From a virus (taxonomy: Duplodnaviria > Caudoviricetes), in the IMG/VR virus record IMGVR_UViG_3300028532_000002, positions 1 to 64,000 of that record: DNA of 64,000 bases, one strand, 5' to 3'. Under the pieces are notes generated by a model that saw nothing but the letters and a program-made list of their open reading frames with translations, had not been told where the DNA came from and searched no databases. Made by a program: the position numbers and the translations under genes. Below, piece after piece: positions 45,666 through 55,600 of this stretch (its first letter is position 1; every line of letters starts with the position of its first letter).

Positions 45666-46157
45666 ATGAACGCTACCGCTACCGCCGCCGCCCTCGCGGC
45701 CCTGCTCGACTCCCTCGCCGCCGACACCCCGGCGCACCTGTCCACGCTGATCGAGGACACCGACAGCTACGGCACCGGAGACGACGACGGCGACACCGCC
45801 GTAGGCAACTACCTCGCCCTGCGCCTGCTCATAGGGGGCGTCCCCGCGCAGGTGCTGGTGCAGTACCACACCGTGACGGCCGTGGACCTGCACACCCGAG
45901 CGGTCCTCGCCCGGGGCGAGATGACCGGGGGGCTCGCGGAGCTGCGCGACCTGATCGAGGAGGAGGACACCGAGTTCGCCCACCTGCACCAGGCGGGAGC
46001 GGTGGAGGCCTCCCGTGGTGGTGCGGCCGACCGCGCCGAGGAGGCCGCGACCGGCCCGATCTGGGAGCGCGCGGACACCGACGACGCCGACTTCTTCGAC
46101 CTGATCACCGGCATGTGGGACGGGGTGAACGCCCCGGCACTGACCGCCGTCGCCTGA
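45666..46157 (+). CDS. Hypothetical acidic protein
   Basis: AGGAG RBS. Confidence 0.6.
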   Translation: MNATATAAALAALLDSLAADTPAHLSTLIEDTDSYGTGDDDGDTAVGNYLALRLLIGGVPAQVLVQYHTVTAVDLHTRAVLARGEMTGGLAELRDLIEEEDTEFAHLHQAGAVEASRGGAADRAEEAATGPIWERADTDDADFFDLITGMWDGVNAPALTAVA

Positions 46158-46227
46158 CCCGACCAGGGCCGCCCCGCCCGTCCTGCGGGGCGGCCCCTCC
46201 CCTCCCACGCCCACACGAGGAGACGCC

Positions 46228-46494
46228 GTGACCACCCACAAGAACTACTCCCTCAAAGGTTTCACGCCCCAGATCGAGTGCAGCACCGACCCCATCGGCG
46301 TCAACAGCTCGGACGACCTCAACCGAGTGGACTGCGTCGAGTGCCTGCGCGCCGTTGCCAAGAGCACCACCGCCAAGGTCGCCGAGCTGGACAAGAAGTA
46401 CGCCCGGGCCCGCTACGACCGCAACCGCTACTGGGAGCAGCGCAACACCGCCCGCGAGCGCGCGAACAAGCTCGCCGCCGAGTCCGCCGAGTAG
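46228..46494 (+). CDS. Hypothetical protein (CxxC + coiled coil)
   Basis: Hairpin + GAGGAG RBS. Confidence 0.6.
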   Translation: MTTHKNYSLKGFTPQIECSTDPIGVNSSDDLNRVDCVECLRAVAKSTTAKVAELDKKYARARYDRNRYWEQRNTARERANKLAAESAE

Positions 46495-46555
46495 CCACCC
46501 GGCCGGCCGCCCCCGACCGCCACCGGGGGCGGCCCCCACACCCGAAGGAGACACC

Positions 46556-46735
46556 GTGGTCACCTATCAGGACCTGCCCCCTGCCGACCGCGCCATCCTC
46601 GCGCTCGCCAGCCACGAGGTCACCTCGGCGCTGATCGACGGCGACAAGGCACGCGCGGCCAGCTGCGAAGACTTCTTTCGGTGGGCGTGCGGAACCTACG
46701 GGATCGACCCCGACGAGACCTTGACGCACCTGTGA
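46556..46735 (+). CDS. Small hypothetical protein
   Basis: Hairpin + GAAGGAG RBS, GTG start. Confidence 0.5.
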   Translation: MVTYQDLPPADRAILALASHEVTSALIDGDKARAASCEDFFRWACGTYGIDPDETLTHL

Positions 46736-46796
46736 CTGAACCGCCCGCCCCGGGCCCGCCCCGGGGCGGGCCCCACAACCCGAACGGGGAGACCCC

Positions 46797-47312
46797 ATGA
46801 CCAGCATCGACCACCACCTGACCGAGGCCGAGAAGCTGACCGCCCGCGGCTTCGAGGAGAACGACGGGACGTGGGCGCTGGTGTACCAGCAGGCTGCACA
46901 GACGCACGCCACCATCGCCCTGACCATGGCCACGGCCGCCAAGACGAACCAGGAGCTGGCTGCCGAACTGGAGACGGTCCGCGCCGAACTGGAGGCCGAG
47001 CGACGCAAAAACCGGGACGCCGCCCTGTCGATGCGCAACCGCGCCGCGGCCACCGCCGTCACCGCCGTGTGGCAGATGCCCGCCCACGGGTGGGCGGAGC
47101 TGAACAAGGCCATGCGCTCGGTGTACGCCCTGCCGCTGGACACCGACCGCACGCCCGGCGCCCCCACCATCCACGACGACGCCGTGCACGGGCGAAGCAA
47201 GCTCGCCGCCACCCACGGGGCGACCACGTGTGGCCTGCCCGCTGGCGACGTGGGGCGCACGAGCGACAACCCTGACGGCGTCACGTGCCCGTGGTGCCGC
47301 GACCTGCTGTAG
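46797..47312 (+). CDS. Hypothetical protein (coiled coil + C-terminal zinc-finger-like)
   Basis: VH...TCG...VTCPWC. Confidence 0.6.
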   Translation: MTSIDHHLTEAEKLTARGFEENDGTWALVYQQAAQTHATIALTMATAAKTNQELAAELETVRAELEAERRKNRDAALSMRNRAAATAVTAVWQMPAHGWAELNKAMRSVYALPLDTDRTPGAPTIHDDAVHGRSKLAATHGATTCGLPAGDVGRTSDNPDGVTCPWCRDLL

Positions 47313-47368
47313 CCCAACCCCCCGCCCCGCGCCCGCGGGGCGGGCCCCTCTTCCTGTTGGAGAACACC

Positions 47369-47821
47369 ATGAACAGCACCTCCACCCTCCGCCTCCTCGC
47401 CGACCTCTCCGAGCGCGCCCACAGCGCCCTTCTGGGAGGCCAGATGGAGTGGTCCGTGACCATCGCCGGGGCGGCCGTCGGCACCCTCTTCGACCGGGAC
47501 AGCCGCCCCGACTCGCAGCGCGCACGCCTCCAGCAGTGGGGTGCCCTCATGGGGCAGGACCTGGACATCACCGAGACCCAGGAGGGCGACACCACCCACC
47601 TGGAAGCACGCCTTCAGTACGACGACGTGCCGGTAACGCTGCGCGCCGTGTGCCCGCCCTACCGGCCCCGCCTGTGCGGGCACGTCTCGGATGAGGGGTT
47701 GTCCTGCCAGATGCGCCCCGGCCACACCAGCTGGGTGACGAGCTACGCGATGCACCTGCACCGCGCCGAGGACGGCACCACCACGCGCTGGGAGTACAAC
47801 AGCGCCGACCTGAACCGATAG
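47369..47821 (+). CDS. Hypothetical protein
   Basis: Hairpin + GGAG RBS; last gene before terminator. Confidence 0.6.
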   Translation: MNSTSTLRLLADLSERAHSALLGGQMEWSVTIAGAAVGTLFDRDSRPDSQRARLQQWGALMGQDLDITETQEGDTTHLEARLQYDDVPVTLRAVCPPYRPRLCGHVSDEGLSCQMRPGHTSWVTSYAMHLHRAEDGTTTRWEYNSADLNR

Positions 47822-47840
47822 GACTGACCCCGCACACGAC

Positions 47841-47884
47841 GAAGCCCCGAACTCTTTCCTGTTGGGAAAGAGCTCGGGGCGTTC
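47841..47884. terminator. Probable bidirectional terminator
   Basis: ~16-bp stem GCCCCGAACTCTTTCC/GGAAAGAGCTCGGGGC between convergent genes. Confidence 0.8.
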
Positions 47885-47891
47885 GCGCGCG

Positions 47892-48488
47892 CTACGCGAC
47901 GGGGACGACGGCGACCTCCGGGGCGCCCTCCGCGGCCAGGCCAAGCGCGGCCAGCTCGGTGCCCTCCGGCAGGTCGAACACCATCGTGTACTCGCTGGTG
48001 TTGCCGGGGTTGGTCTCCTCGGAGAACGAGCAAACCTCCGCGTGGGGAGCGAACTCCGTGCCGTCCGCGGCGTAGGCGTGCACGCCCGACCAGGAGTCGG
48101 CAGGCGGGTAGGCCGGCGCGGTGCTGGTGTTCTCCGCGCTGATGGTGACCACGTAGAACTCGCCACTGGCGGTGTACTGGCTGCCGCAGTCGTCGTCGTT
48201 GTAGGTGGCCGCGGTGCCGATGTCGGTGACCGCGTAGTCGAACACGCCGTCGGTCGGCTCACCCGACGGCGGTGCGGTCGGGGCGGGCGGCGCCTCTTCC
48301 TCGTACTCCTCCATCGCCTCCATGTCCTCGGGGACGCTGGCGTCTTCGATGTCGGCGCCGATGTCCTCGAACGCGCTGTTCAGGGAGGCGCGGATATAGG
48401 CCTGGTTGGAGATCCATCCGAGGCCGAAGCCGATCACGACCGCGACGGCGGCGCTGGCCATGGTGACGATCCACCCGGTTCTGGTCAC
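47892..48488 (-). CDS. Membrane-anchored extracytoplasmic protein (DUF4352-like Ig fold), moron
   Basis: N-terminal TM, acidic/Pro linker, FYVVTISAEN...TNPG...MVFDLP. Confidence 0.72.
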   Translation of the reverse strand: MTRTGWIVTMASAAVAVVIGFGLGWISNQAYIRASLNSAFEDIGADIEDASVPEDMEAMEEYEEEAPPAPTAPPSGEPTDGVFDYAVTDIGTAATYNDDDCGSQYTASGEFYVVTISAENTSTAPAYPPADSWSGVHAYAADGTEFAPHAEVCSFSEETNPGNTSEYTMVFDLPEGTELAALGLAAEGAPEVAVVPVA

Positions 48489-48621
48489 TGGGGGTTCTCC
48501 TTACTGGGGGCCGGGCAAGGAGCGGGGGCTGGCGGCCGGCGGTGGTGGGCAATTCGCCGCACAGTATCCCGCTCCAGAGACATCGGGGGGTGGTTTCGGT
48601 GGATCGTCCTACACTCGTGGC

Positions 48622-48861
48622 ATGAGCGATCGGGAGCTGTACAAGGTCGGGTTCCACTTCGGCGACGAGGACTTCCAGTCGGTGACCCTGGCGACCAGCC
48701 CGGACGACGACGAGTCGCTGGAGAAGTACCTGGGCAAGAAGCTGAACGGCGCCAGCGCCGCACGCTTCGCGGCGTTCGGCGACGGCGCGGACGGGTTCAC
48801 CTTGATCAACACGGACCGGTTGACCAAGGTGTCCGTCCGCAAGATCACCGAAAGCGCTTGA
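48622..48861 (+). CDS. Small hypothetical protein (moron)
   Basis: 79-aa ORF with high GC3, convergent on tail operon. Confidence 0.55.
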   Translation: MSDRELYKVGFHFGDEDFQSVTLATSPDDDESLEKYLGKKLNGASAARFAAFGDGADGFTLINTDRLTKVSVRKITESA

Positions 48862-49579
48862 CCCACAGGTTCGACCTGGCGTTGACCACGGTCGCAGTGG
48901 TCGAGGCGGCGTTCTGCGCCCACCTCAGCTGGAGGCGCCCCGGCGACGCCCCGGTCCTGAGAAGCCCGTGCTCGATGATGCTGTTCGCCGAGCTGCTGCA
49001 CCCGTAGGAGCGCTCGGTGGACCACACCGCCGCGCCGGTCTGCATCGTCACCCCCGCCCCCGGATCCTGGGACACGTAGGGGCCCTGAAGCCACCGGCCC
49101 CCGGAGTCGGACCCGGCCGGGATCGACCAGGCGACCTTGATGTCCGAGGCGGTGGACCCGGTGGCGTTCATCGCGAGGATCACCCGGTAGGTCGCATTCG
49201 CGGCCACGTCCAGGTACAGCTCCGTGTCATCCACCAGGCTGGTGGAGTTGGTGACGGACTGCTCGGTGTCCTTGATGACCAGCCACTCCGTGGGCTCCGG
49301 CGCCGACATCGGCCCGGCGACCACGTAGGTGTCCCGGCCGGCCGGGATGAGCAGCACCCGCACACCGGGGGTTGGCCGGTACCCGTACAGGGTCGGGTAC
49401 CGGCGCCGCCCCGCGCCGTCCTCGCCGTCGAACTGCACCCGTGGGGCCGCGCCGTGGGGGCCGTCCGGGTCGTGATCGTAGGCCACCCGGGCCAACCGGG
49501 TGGGCTTGTCGGCGTTGCTGTGAGGTCGGGTGGCGTGCGTGTACCCGGCGATGTTGGCCAGGGCCTGCTCCACACTCAC
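48845..49579 (-). CDS. Minor tail / tail-fibre-associated protein
   Basis: Last gene of tail operon; K..D.SVTNST.L.DD.EL... pattern seen in actinophage tail proteins. Confidence 0.7.
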   Translation of the reverse strand: MSVEQALANIAGYTHATRPHSNADKPTRLARVAYDHDPDGPHGAAPRVQFDGEDGAGRRRYPTLYGYRPTPGVRVLLIPAGRDTYVVAGPMSAPEPTEWLVIKDTEQSVTNSTSLVDDTELYLDVAANATYRVILAMNATGSTASDIKVAWSIPAGSDSGGRWLQGPYVSQDPGAGVTMQTGAAVWSTERSYGCSSSANSIIEHGLLRTGASPGRLQLRWAQNAASTTATVVNARSNLWVKRFR

Positions 49580-49950
49580 GAGAGCACCACCCCGGGGTCT
49601 TCTTCTTCGATGTCCTCGACCGGGGGCTCCTCCTCGCCGTCGCCGGGCTGGGGCAGGTTCGGGGCGGGCGCCGTGTTGACGATCTCGTAGACGCCGTCGG
49701 TGAACTCGGCCTCGATGCGGGTGGGGTACCCGCAGGCACCGCAGCCCGCGGCGACGCCGCCGACGTTGGTGTGCAGGGCCCCCTCGCGGCCGACGCCCTG
49801 CGCCGTACACCCGGGGGTGTGACAGGTGACGGTGCCGACCACCTGGTGCCAGTCCTTGACCTCGTCGGGCCATATGCCCTGGAGGAGCTGGGTCACGAAC
49901 GCGGCGGCGGCCGTCAGGTACTCGTCGTGGGTCATGGGGTTCACGGTCAC
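49576..49950 (-). CDS. Hypothetical tail-region protein (CHTPGC, CGAC)
   Basis: GTGA overlaps. Confidence 0.6.
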   Translation of the reverse strand: MTVNPMTHDEYLTAAAAFVTQLLQGIWPDEVKDWHQVVGTVTCHTPGCTAQGVGREGALHTNVGGVAAGCGACGYPTRIEAEFTDGVYEIVNTAPAPNLPQPGDGEEEPPVEDIEEEDPGVVLS

Positions 49951-50243
49951 TGGTCTCTCCACATCAGTACGGAAATGTTGGTCTCGGTGGCGTTGGTGCG
50001 GCGGATCCACACCAGGCACCCGGACGGGGTCACCGAGGACACCGACACCTCCACCACCCGCAGTCCGGGCACGGAGGAGTGGGCGGTGGCCAGGGCCTGG
50101 ACGGGGCCGGTGCCGCGCAGCGCCAGGCCGGTGATCTCCACGGACGTGGGGACGTTGGGCTGGGGGGTGACGGTGACCATCAGGCTGGCCATGTTCCCGG
50201 CGGACACGGACCCGGTGACCTGCACGTCGTCGTTGTAGATCAC
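49947..50243 (-). CDS. Small beta-rich tail protein (H-type-lectin/gp53-like), paralogue C
   Basis: Aligns by eye with 50240..50536 and C-terminus of 50537..52612. Confidence 0.72.
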   Translation of the reverse strand: MIYNDDVQVTGSVSAGNMASLMVTVTPQPNVPTSVEITGLALRGTGPVQALATAHSSVPGLRVVEVSVSSVTPSGCLVWIRRTNATETNISVLMWRDQ

Positions 50244-50536
50244 GCGAGGTCCCGGATGCTGATCCACCGCACGATGGTCGCGGTGGTGTTGGTGCGGTAC
50301 ACCCAGATCGTGAATCCGAACGGGGTGATGTCGGTGACGCCCAGGCCGAGCACGGTGCCGGGGACCAAGGTGTTCGCGGTGACCCACGCACGGGTCGCGC
50401 CGGCCCCGGCGAGGTTGTGCCCGGACACCACGTAGGACGTGGGCGAGTTCGCGAGGGGGGCAATGCTGACCTCCCCCGTGACGATGTTGCCCGCCCGCAG
50501 CGCCCCCGAGATACGCAGGTCGTGGGTGAGGATCAT
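50240..50536 (-). CDS. Small beta-rich tail protein (H-type-lectin/gp53-like), paralogue B
   Basis: GALRAGN...TPFGFTIWVYRTNTTAT. Confidence 0.75.
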   Translation of the reverse strand: MILTHDLRISGALRAGNIVTGEVSIAPLANSPTSYVVSGHNLAGAGATRAWVTANTLVPGTVLGLGVTDITPFGFTIWVYRTNTTATIVRWISIRDLA

Positions 50537-52612
50537 TCAGGCCCCCCGGATGGCGAGGTAGTGGATGTTCGTCGCGGTCGCGTTGGTCCGGTACACCCAC
50601 AGCACGAACCCGTCCGGGGAGGGGTTGCGCAGGGTGACCTCACGCAGGGTGCCGCCGGGGACCGCGGTGACGGCGGTCAGCTGCACCCGCACCGGCCCGG
50701 TCCCGGTGAGGTTGAGGCCGGTCACTGTGACCGGCGTCGGCGTGTTCGGCACCGGGGAGACGTTGATCGTGCCGGTGCGGATGTTGCCTGCGGACAGCGC
50801 CCCGGTGATGGTGGCGTCGCCGACGACGATGGAGGGGTCGGTGGCAGGGGTCAGGGACACCACCCGGCGTGCACGGTGGCGCATCAGGCCCGTGGACGCC
50901 AGATCCATTTCCCAGGTGTGGCCGGTGAAATCCGCGTCCACGGCCAGGTCGTCACGGCGGATCGAGTACACGTCATCGTGGGAGTGCAGTGGGTTCAGGG
51001 CGGTCGCGAACTCCTGCGCCTCGTACAACTGGCTCGACTCGAACGCGACCTGGGCTATCTGTTCGATCAGCGCCGACTCCGAGGTGGCGTCCTGTTGGTC
51101 GCGGACTTCGGTGATGACCCGCCCGCGCCGCACCGTCGACGTCGGCGAGGCCGGGTCGCGGTTCGTGAACGTGATGTTCAACTCGTCGCGGTCCGGCTCC
51201 GAGACGGTGCCCGTCCACCGGTTGGGGACGGCGTACAGGTCGTACTCCTCCACGGCGTCGGGCACCATGATCGACCTCGAGTCGTCGACGTACACGAACT
51301 CGGTCGCCCTCTGGCCGGGCGGGACGTAGGGGGCGGCTACCGCTGTCCCCTCCTCATCGAAGGACAGCGACCTGTAGTTGATGGACGAGAGCAGGTCGGC
51401 GATGATCATCGCCCGCGACGTGCCCGGGTCCCAGTCGCGCGGGGTCGGCATCACCTCCACGGAGGGGGTGATCTGGTGCTGCACGACCCCGGCCTGCTCC
51501 AGGACCCGACGCACCTCCCCCGTCACCAAGTCGGTCGGGTTCGCGTTCAGCTCGAACCGGGAGAACCGGAACTGCGGGGACACGTTGGTGTTGGCGGCGG
51601 CCGTGCTCACGGACACCCCGAACTGGCCGTCGGCGACCTGCGCCGAAGTGATGGTGCGCTCCAGCATCCACCCGGTCGGCTCCGGGGTGCCGTCCAGCCA
51701 TACCCGCGCCATCAGGTCCTGGCCGACCAGGCGGGCCCGCGCGTGCAGCCACCCGCCGGCGGTGTAGGTCAGCCCCGTCGGTTCGGTGGCCCCGACCTGT
51801 GATGTGCCGCTGGCCGCCGACATGGACACGGACCCGTCCACCCCCAGGTGGATGCGGGCCCGGTAGTAGACGCCGACACCGATGTAGCGGAGCAGGAGGG
51901 AGGGCAGGTAGGTGGCGCCGGTCGCGATCTGGTTCACGGACAGGCGTGTGTACACTTCCCCGTCCCGGTAGCGGCGGTCGGGGATGCTTACCCGCACGAT
52001 GGAGGGGCTCCCGGTCAGGGTCACCGACCCGATCCCGTTGCTGACCGTGTAGACGGTGTTGGCGGTGCTCTGCTGCCAGACGGGCCCTACGTCCGGCGTC
52101 CCCCAGAACCCGGAGGCGGTGCGCTGGTACGTGTCGAGGATGTCGAGGTGGGCGCCAGTGGTGTACCGGCCGGGGATCTGGTCGTCCGCGAGGATGACTC
52201 CCTGGTCGTAGGCCTGGATGTCGCGCCACACGTACCGTGTGGCGTCGACCGACTGGGTGGGAGTGGTGGGCAGGAAAACCCCGAGCGGCCACTCCACCCA
52301 GTCCTGAGGGCCGTAGGGGGGCAGGTGCAGACGGGCCCACGGCTGGATGCGGTTCGACCCCCAGTCCACGCCGGTCCCCGACCGGACCCGCAGGGACAGA
52401 TCCCTCTTGATGTCCCCCAGGTTGTTGAGGGTGACGCGGCCGGAGTCCGCGGCGACCTCGTCCAGGGGGCGCAGCAGCCGGTTGGTGCGGTCTAGGAGGT
52501 CGTAGCGGAACGTCATCCGCTGGGAGCCGTCGACGCCGTGCAGAGCACGCCGCACCTCGTCCTCGGTGTGCCCGTTGGGGTTGCGGGGCCCCTGCACTGG
52601 GATGGGCTGCAT
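50537..52612 (-). CDS. Minor tail protein (hub/Tal-like) with inserted beta domain and C-terminal lectin-like domain
   Basis: 691 aa in tail operon; C-terminal ~98 aa paralogous to the two downstream genes. Confidence 0.8.
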   Translation of the reverse strand: MQPIPVQGPRNPNGHTEDEVRRALHGVDGSQRMTFRYDLLDRTNRLLRPLDEVAADSGRVTLNNLGDIKRDLSLRVRSGTGVDWGSNRIQPWARLHLPPYGPQDWVEWPLGVFLPTTPTQSVDATRYVWRDIQAYDQGVILADDQIPGRYTTGAHLDILDTYQRTASGFWGTPDVGPVWQQSTANTVYTVSNGIGSVTLTGSPSIVRVSIPDRRYRDGEVYTRLSVNQIATGATYLPSLLLRYIGVGVYYRARIHLGVDGSVSMSAASGTSQVGATEPTGLTYTAGGWLHARARLVGQDLMARVWLDGTPEPTGWMLERTITSAQVADGQFGVSVSTAAANTNVSPQFRFSRFELNANPTDLVTGEVRRVLEQAGVVQHQITPSVEVMPTPRDWDPGTSRAMIIADLLSSINYRSLSFDEEGTAVAAPYVPPGQRATEFVYVDDSRSIMVPDAVEEYDLYAVPNRWTGTVSEPDRDELNITFTNRDPASPTSTVRRGRVITEVRDQQDATSESALIEQIAQVAFESSQLYEAQEFATALNPLHSHDDVYSIRRDDLAVDADFTGHTWEMDLASTGLMRHRARRVVSLTPATDPSIVVGDATITGALSAGNIRTGTINVSPVPNTPTPVTVTGLNLTGTGPVRVQLTAVTAVPGGTLREVTLRNPSPDGFVLWVYRTNATATNIHYLAIRGA

Positions 52613-55600
52613 CAGCGCTCACCCCCGGGCAGGTCCGAGCTGACGCGGGTCATGGTCCAGGAGGGCTGGTCGCCCCACTCGGTGTCGCCGACGTCGAAAC
52701 CGTCCATGGTGCTGATCCACACCCGTCCCCTGTTGTCCCTGCACACGAGGGTGCGGCGGGCCTCGTTCCACGAGCGCAGGCTGTCGGTGGCGGGCAACCG
52801 GCCGGGGCCCTCGGGGATGTCCACGGTGATCGACCAGGTGTCGATGCGGGTGTCGCCCCACGCCGCGACGGGCAGGGCCCGGCCCACGAACTGGTGGTGG
52901 GCCTGCTCCACCGCGCTGCTGTCGGAGCGTTGGGCGCGGCCGTACAGGTACTGGGTGATGGTGTCCTCCGGGGCGGCCGGGTCGTGCAGCCACACCCCGA
53001 GGAAGTCGACCCTGCCGGGCGCCGGGGCGGAGTCCACGGTGACGCCGTCCGGCGCCAGGGCGCGCGCGAGGTAGGTGTAGACGCGGCCGGACCCGGCGAG
53101 GTAGTCGCGCAGGGCCTCGCCGGGGGCGACGGTGCCCACCAGCTCCGGCCGCCCGCCCCGGTAGGTGCGCCAGACCTCGTTGGCGGTGGGGGCGGGCACG
53201 TCGGAGGCGGTGCGCACCTCGACACCGTCCACGAACAGCACCTGCCCGTCCGTGGGGGCGGCCAGGTCGGGCCCGTACCCGGCTGTGGTCGCGCCCGCCG
53301 GCGCGGACGCGGTGTGCTCGACCAGGGTCCACTCCCCCGCCTCCACGGGCACGTCCGTGCTCGCGGAGGCGAGCAGCGCCCCGTCGGTGCCGTAGAAGTC
53401 CAGGACCGGGCGGACGGTCGCCGCGGTGGGCGAGTACGCCCACAGGGCCAGGGTGTACCGGCGGAACTCGGCCACCTCGACCCGCCACACGGGCCCGCAG
53501 CGGATCCCCGTCGCCGCCGGGGCGCCGGCCACCTCCAGGCGCCCGGAGTGGGCGCCGGCGTGGGCCTGCTCGGTGGAGGAGGTCAGGGTCACCGACGCAT
53601 CGGGCACCCACCCGTCGGTGCCGGTCTCGAACCCCCCGTCGAGCTGGGACAGGAGTTCGCCGGGTTCGGGGTTGTCGACCTCGATGCGGAGGTGCGCGCC
53701 GTCGGGGACGGGCACCAGGGCGATGGTGGGCTGCATCGGCGAGGAGTAGTCCGGCCGCACGAGCCGGGTCCCGGTGGAGGAGGCGACGCCGGCGGCGCGG
53801 CCGGTGACCTCGATCCGGTACTCCACCTGGGAGGCGAGCCCGGTGACGAGGTGGGTGGTGGCGGTGGAGGCGATCCACCCGGTGTCGGAGTGCACGGCCC
53901 CGGTGGCGGTGGCGATGGCCACGACCCGGTAGGAGTCCTGGACAGCGCCCGTCACCTCCCACACCACCTGCACGTCAGCGGTCTCCAGCGGCTCCAGGTC
54001 GGTCGCCGGGACCGTAATGGTCGTGTTGCCGCTGGCGCTGGTGGCGAAGAACCCGAACCCGGAGAAGGGCCCGGCTTCGCCGAGGCGGTCCCAGGTGCGG
54101 ACCCTCCACCGGTACGTCTGGCCGTTGGCGAGGGTGTTCGCGGGCAGAGTGTGGGAGGAGGAGGTGGCGGTGGTCTGCCCGGTGCTGTAGACCACCGTGT
54201 CGGTGAGGTCGTCCCACACCTCCAGCGTGTAGGCCGACTGGGTGTCGGCCGGGTTGGGGTCGCGGAAGGACCATGCGAACGTGGTGGCCGCGGTGGCGTC
54301 GAAATTCGCCTTCGCGGTCACCTGGGGAGCGTCGGGGGCCTGGTTGATCTCCTCGGCCACGTACAGGAGCTGCTCGGCGAACCCCTGCTGGTTCGCCACT
54401 GAGATGAGGACCTGCTGGCCGGCCGACTCGCCCCTGTGCACGCGGATGGCCCGGTTCACGGACCCGGAGGCTCCGATGTCGGTGGCGACCTCCACCTCGT
54501 CCCCCGCGGCGAGACCCGTGGCCAGGTTCACGTGGGTTTTCATCAGCCGCCGAGGGTTGGTGGCGTCCAGGTAGTACACCCACACCAGGTGGGTGACGGG
54601 GTCGTAGAGGGCATCCCATGCCGAGGACCCGGCGAGGGTGGTGGGTGCGGGCATGGTCGCCATGCCCAGGCCGTCCAAGCTCGCGCGTGCGAGCACCGAC
54701 CACGTCGACCCTCCGGTGCCCTGCTGGCGGTGGGTGACGGTGATCCCGAACCCAGCGCTGGAGGAGGCGTGCACGGTCACGCACTGGGAGGCCGAGACGG
54801 GCAGCACGCGGGCCTTGGCGTCGGCGTCCTTGGTGGCGTACTCCGCGGCGGTGTCCAGGGTGCGGACGGTGCCGATGGACGCCCCGTCGTCGGCGAGCTG
54901 GTAGCGGGCGAAGGACTGGGCGGCGCGGGCGCCGAGCGCCTGGTGCTTGGCCGTCGAGGTGATGAACCCGCGGTTGGAGACGTTGCCGTCGGCGTCGCGG
55001 ACCGCGCACAGGTCCGCGAGCGTCCCGGTCTCGTTCGGGTAGTTGTTGAACCCGTCCGCCGAGCTCGCGTCCACCATCGTGCCGTCGGCGTTCCCGGACC
55101 CGCGCAGGAGCGACCCCGTGCCGGTGAGGACGTGGTCGCAGGAGATGAGCGCATACCCGAGCGGGGTGCCCGCGTTGTCTCCGGCCTCGCGGCCGACGAG
55201 CGCCACGAGGGTGCCGCGGGTGCCGCCCTGCGGGTGCCACGCCATGGTGACGTTGTTGACCCTGCGGTCGTAGGTGGGTAGGGCCGCGGTGCGGTTCGTG
55301 GTGGCCGCCGACCAGGTGTTCCCGGGCCCGCGCGTGTAGGCGCGGATGATGATCTGGTTGTCGCCGTTGTCGTTGCACACGTACACCGTGTCGGCCTCGT
55401 CGCGGGCCATCGCGACGGTCTGCGCACCCCGGCGTTCCGCCACCGAGGACAGGGTGTCGATGGTGGTCGGCGCGGTGCCGTCGTGGTGGCGCACCAGGAA
55501 GGACAGCGGGCCCGGCGCGGGAGCGGTCTGCTCCAGCACCATGTGCGTGCCGTCGGACAGCTGTACCTGCGCCCCCAGAGACAGGTCGAGCAGGTGCTTG

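Noticed and set aside
37859-48571. Target-site duplication bounding the accessory block (CAGTATGCCGC at 37859 versus CAGTATCCCGC near 48561)
   Set aside because: Only a 10/11 short match and no transposase or dedicated recombinase; could be chance
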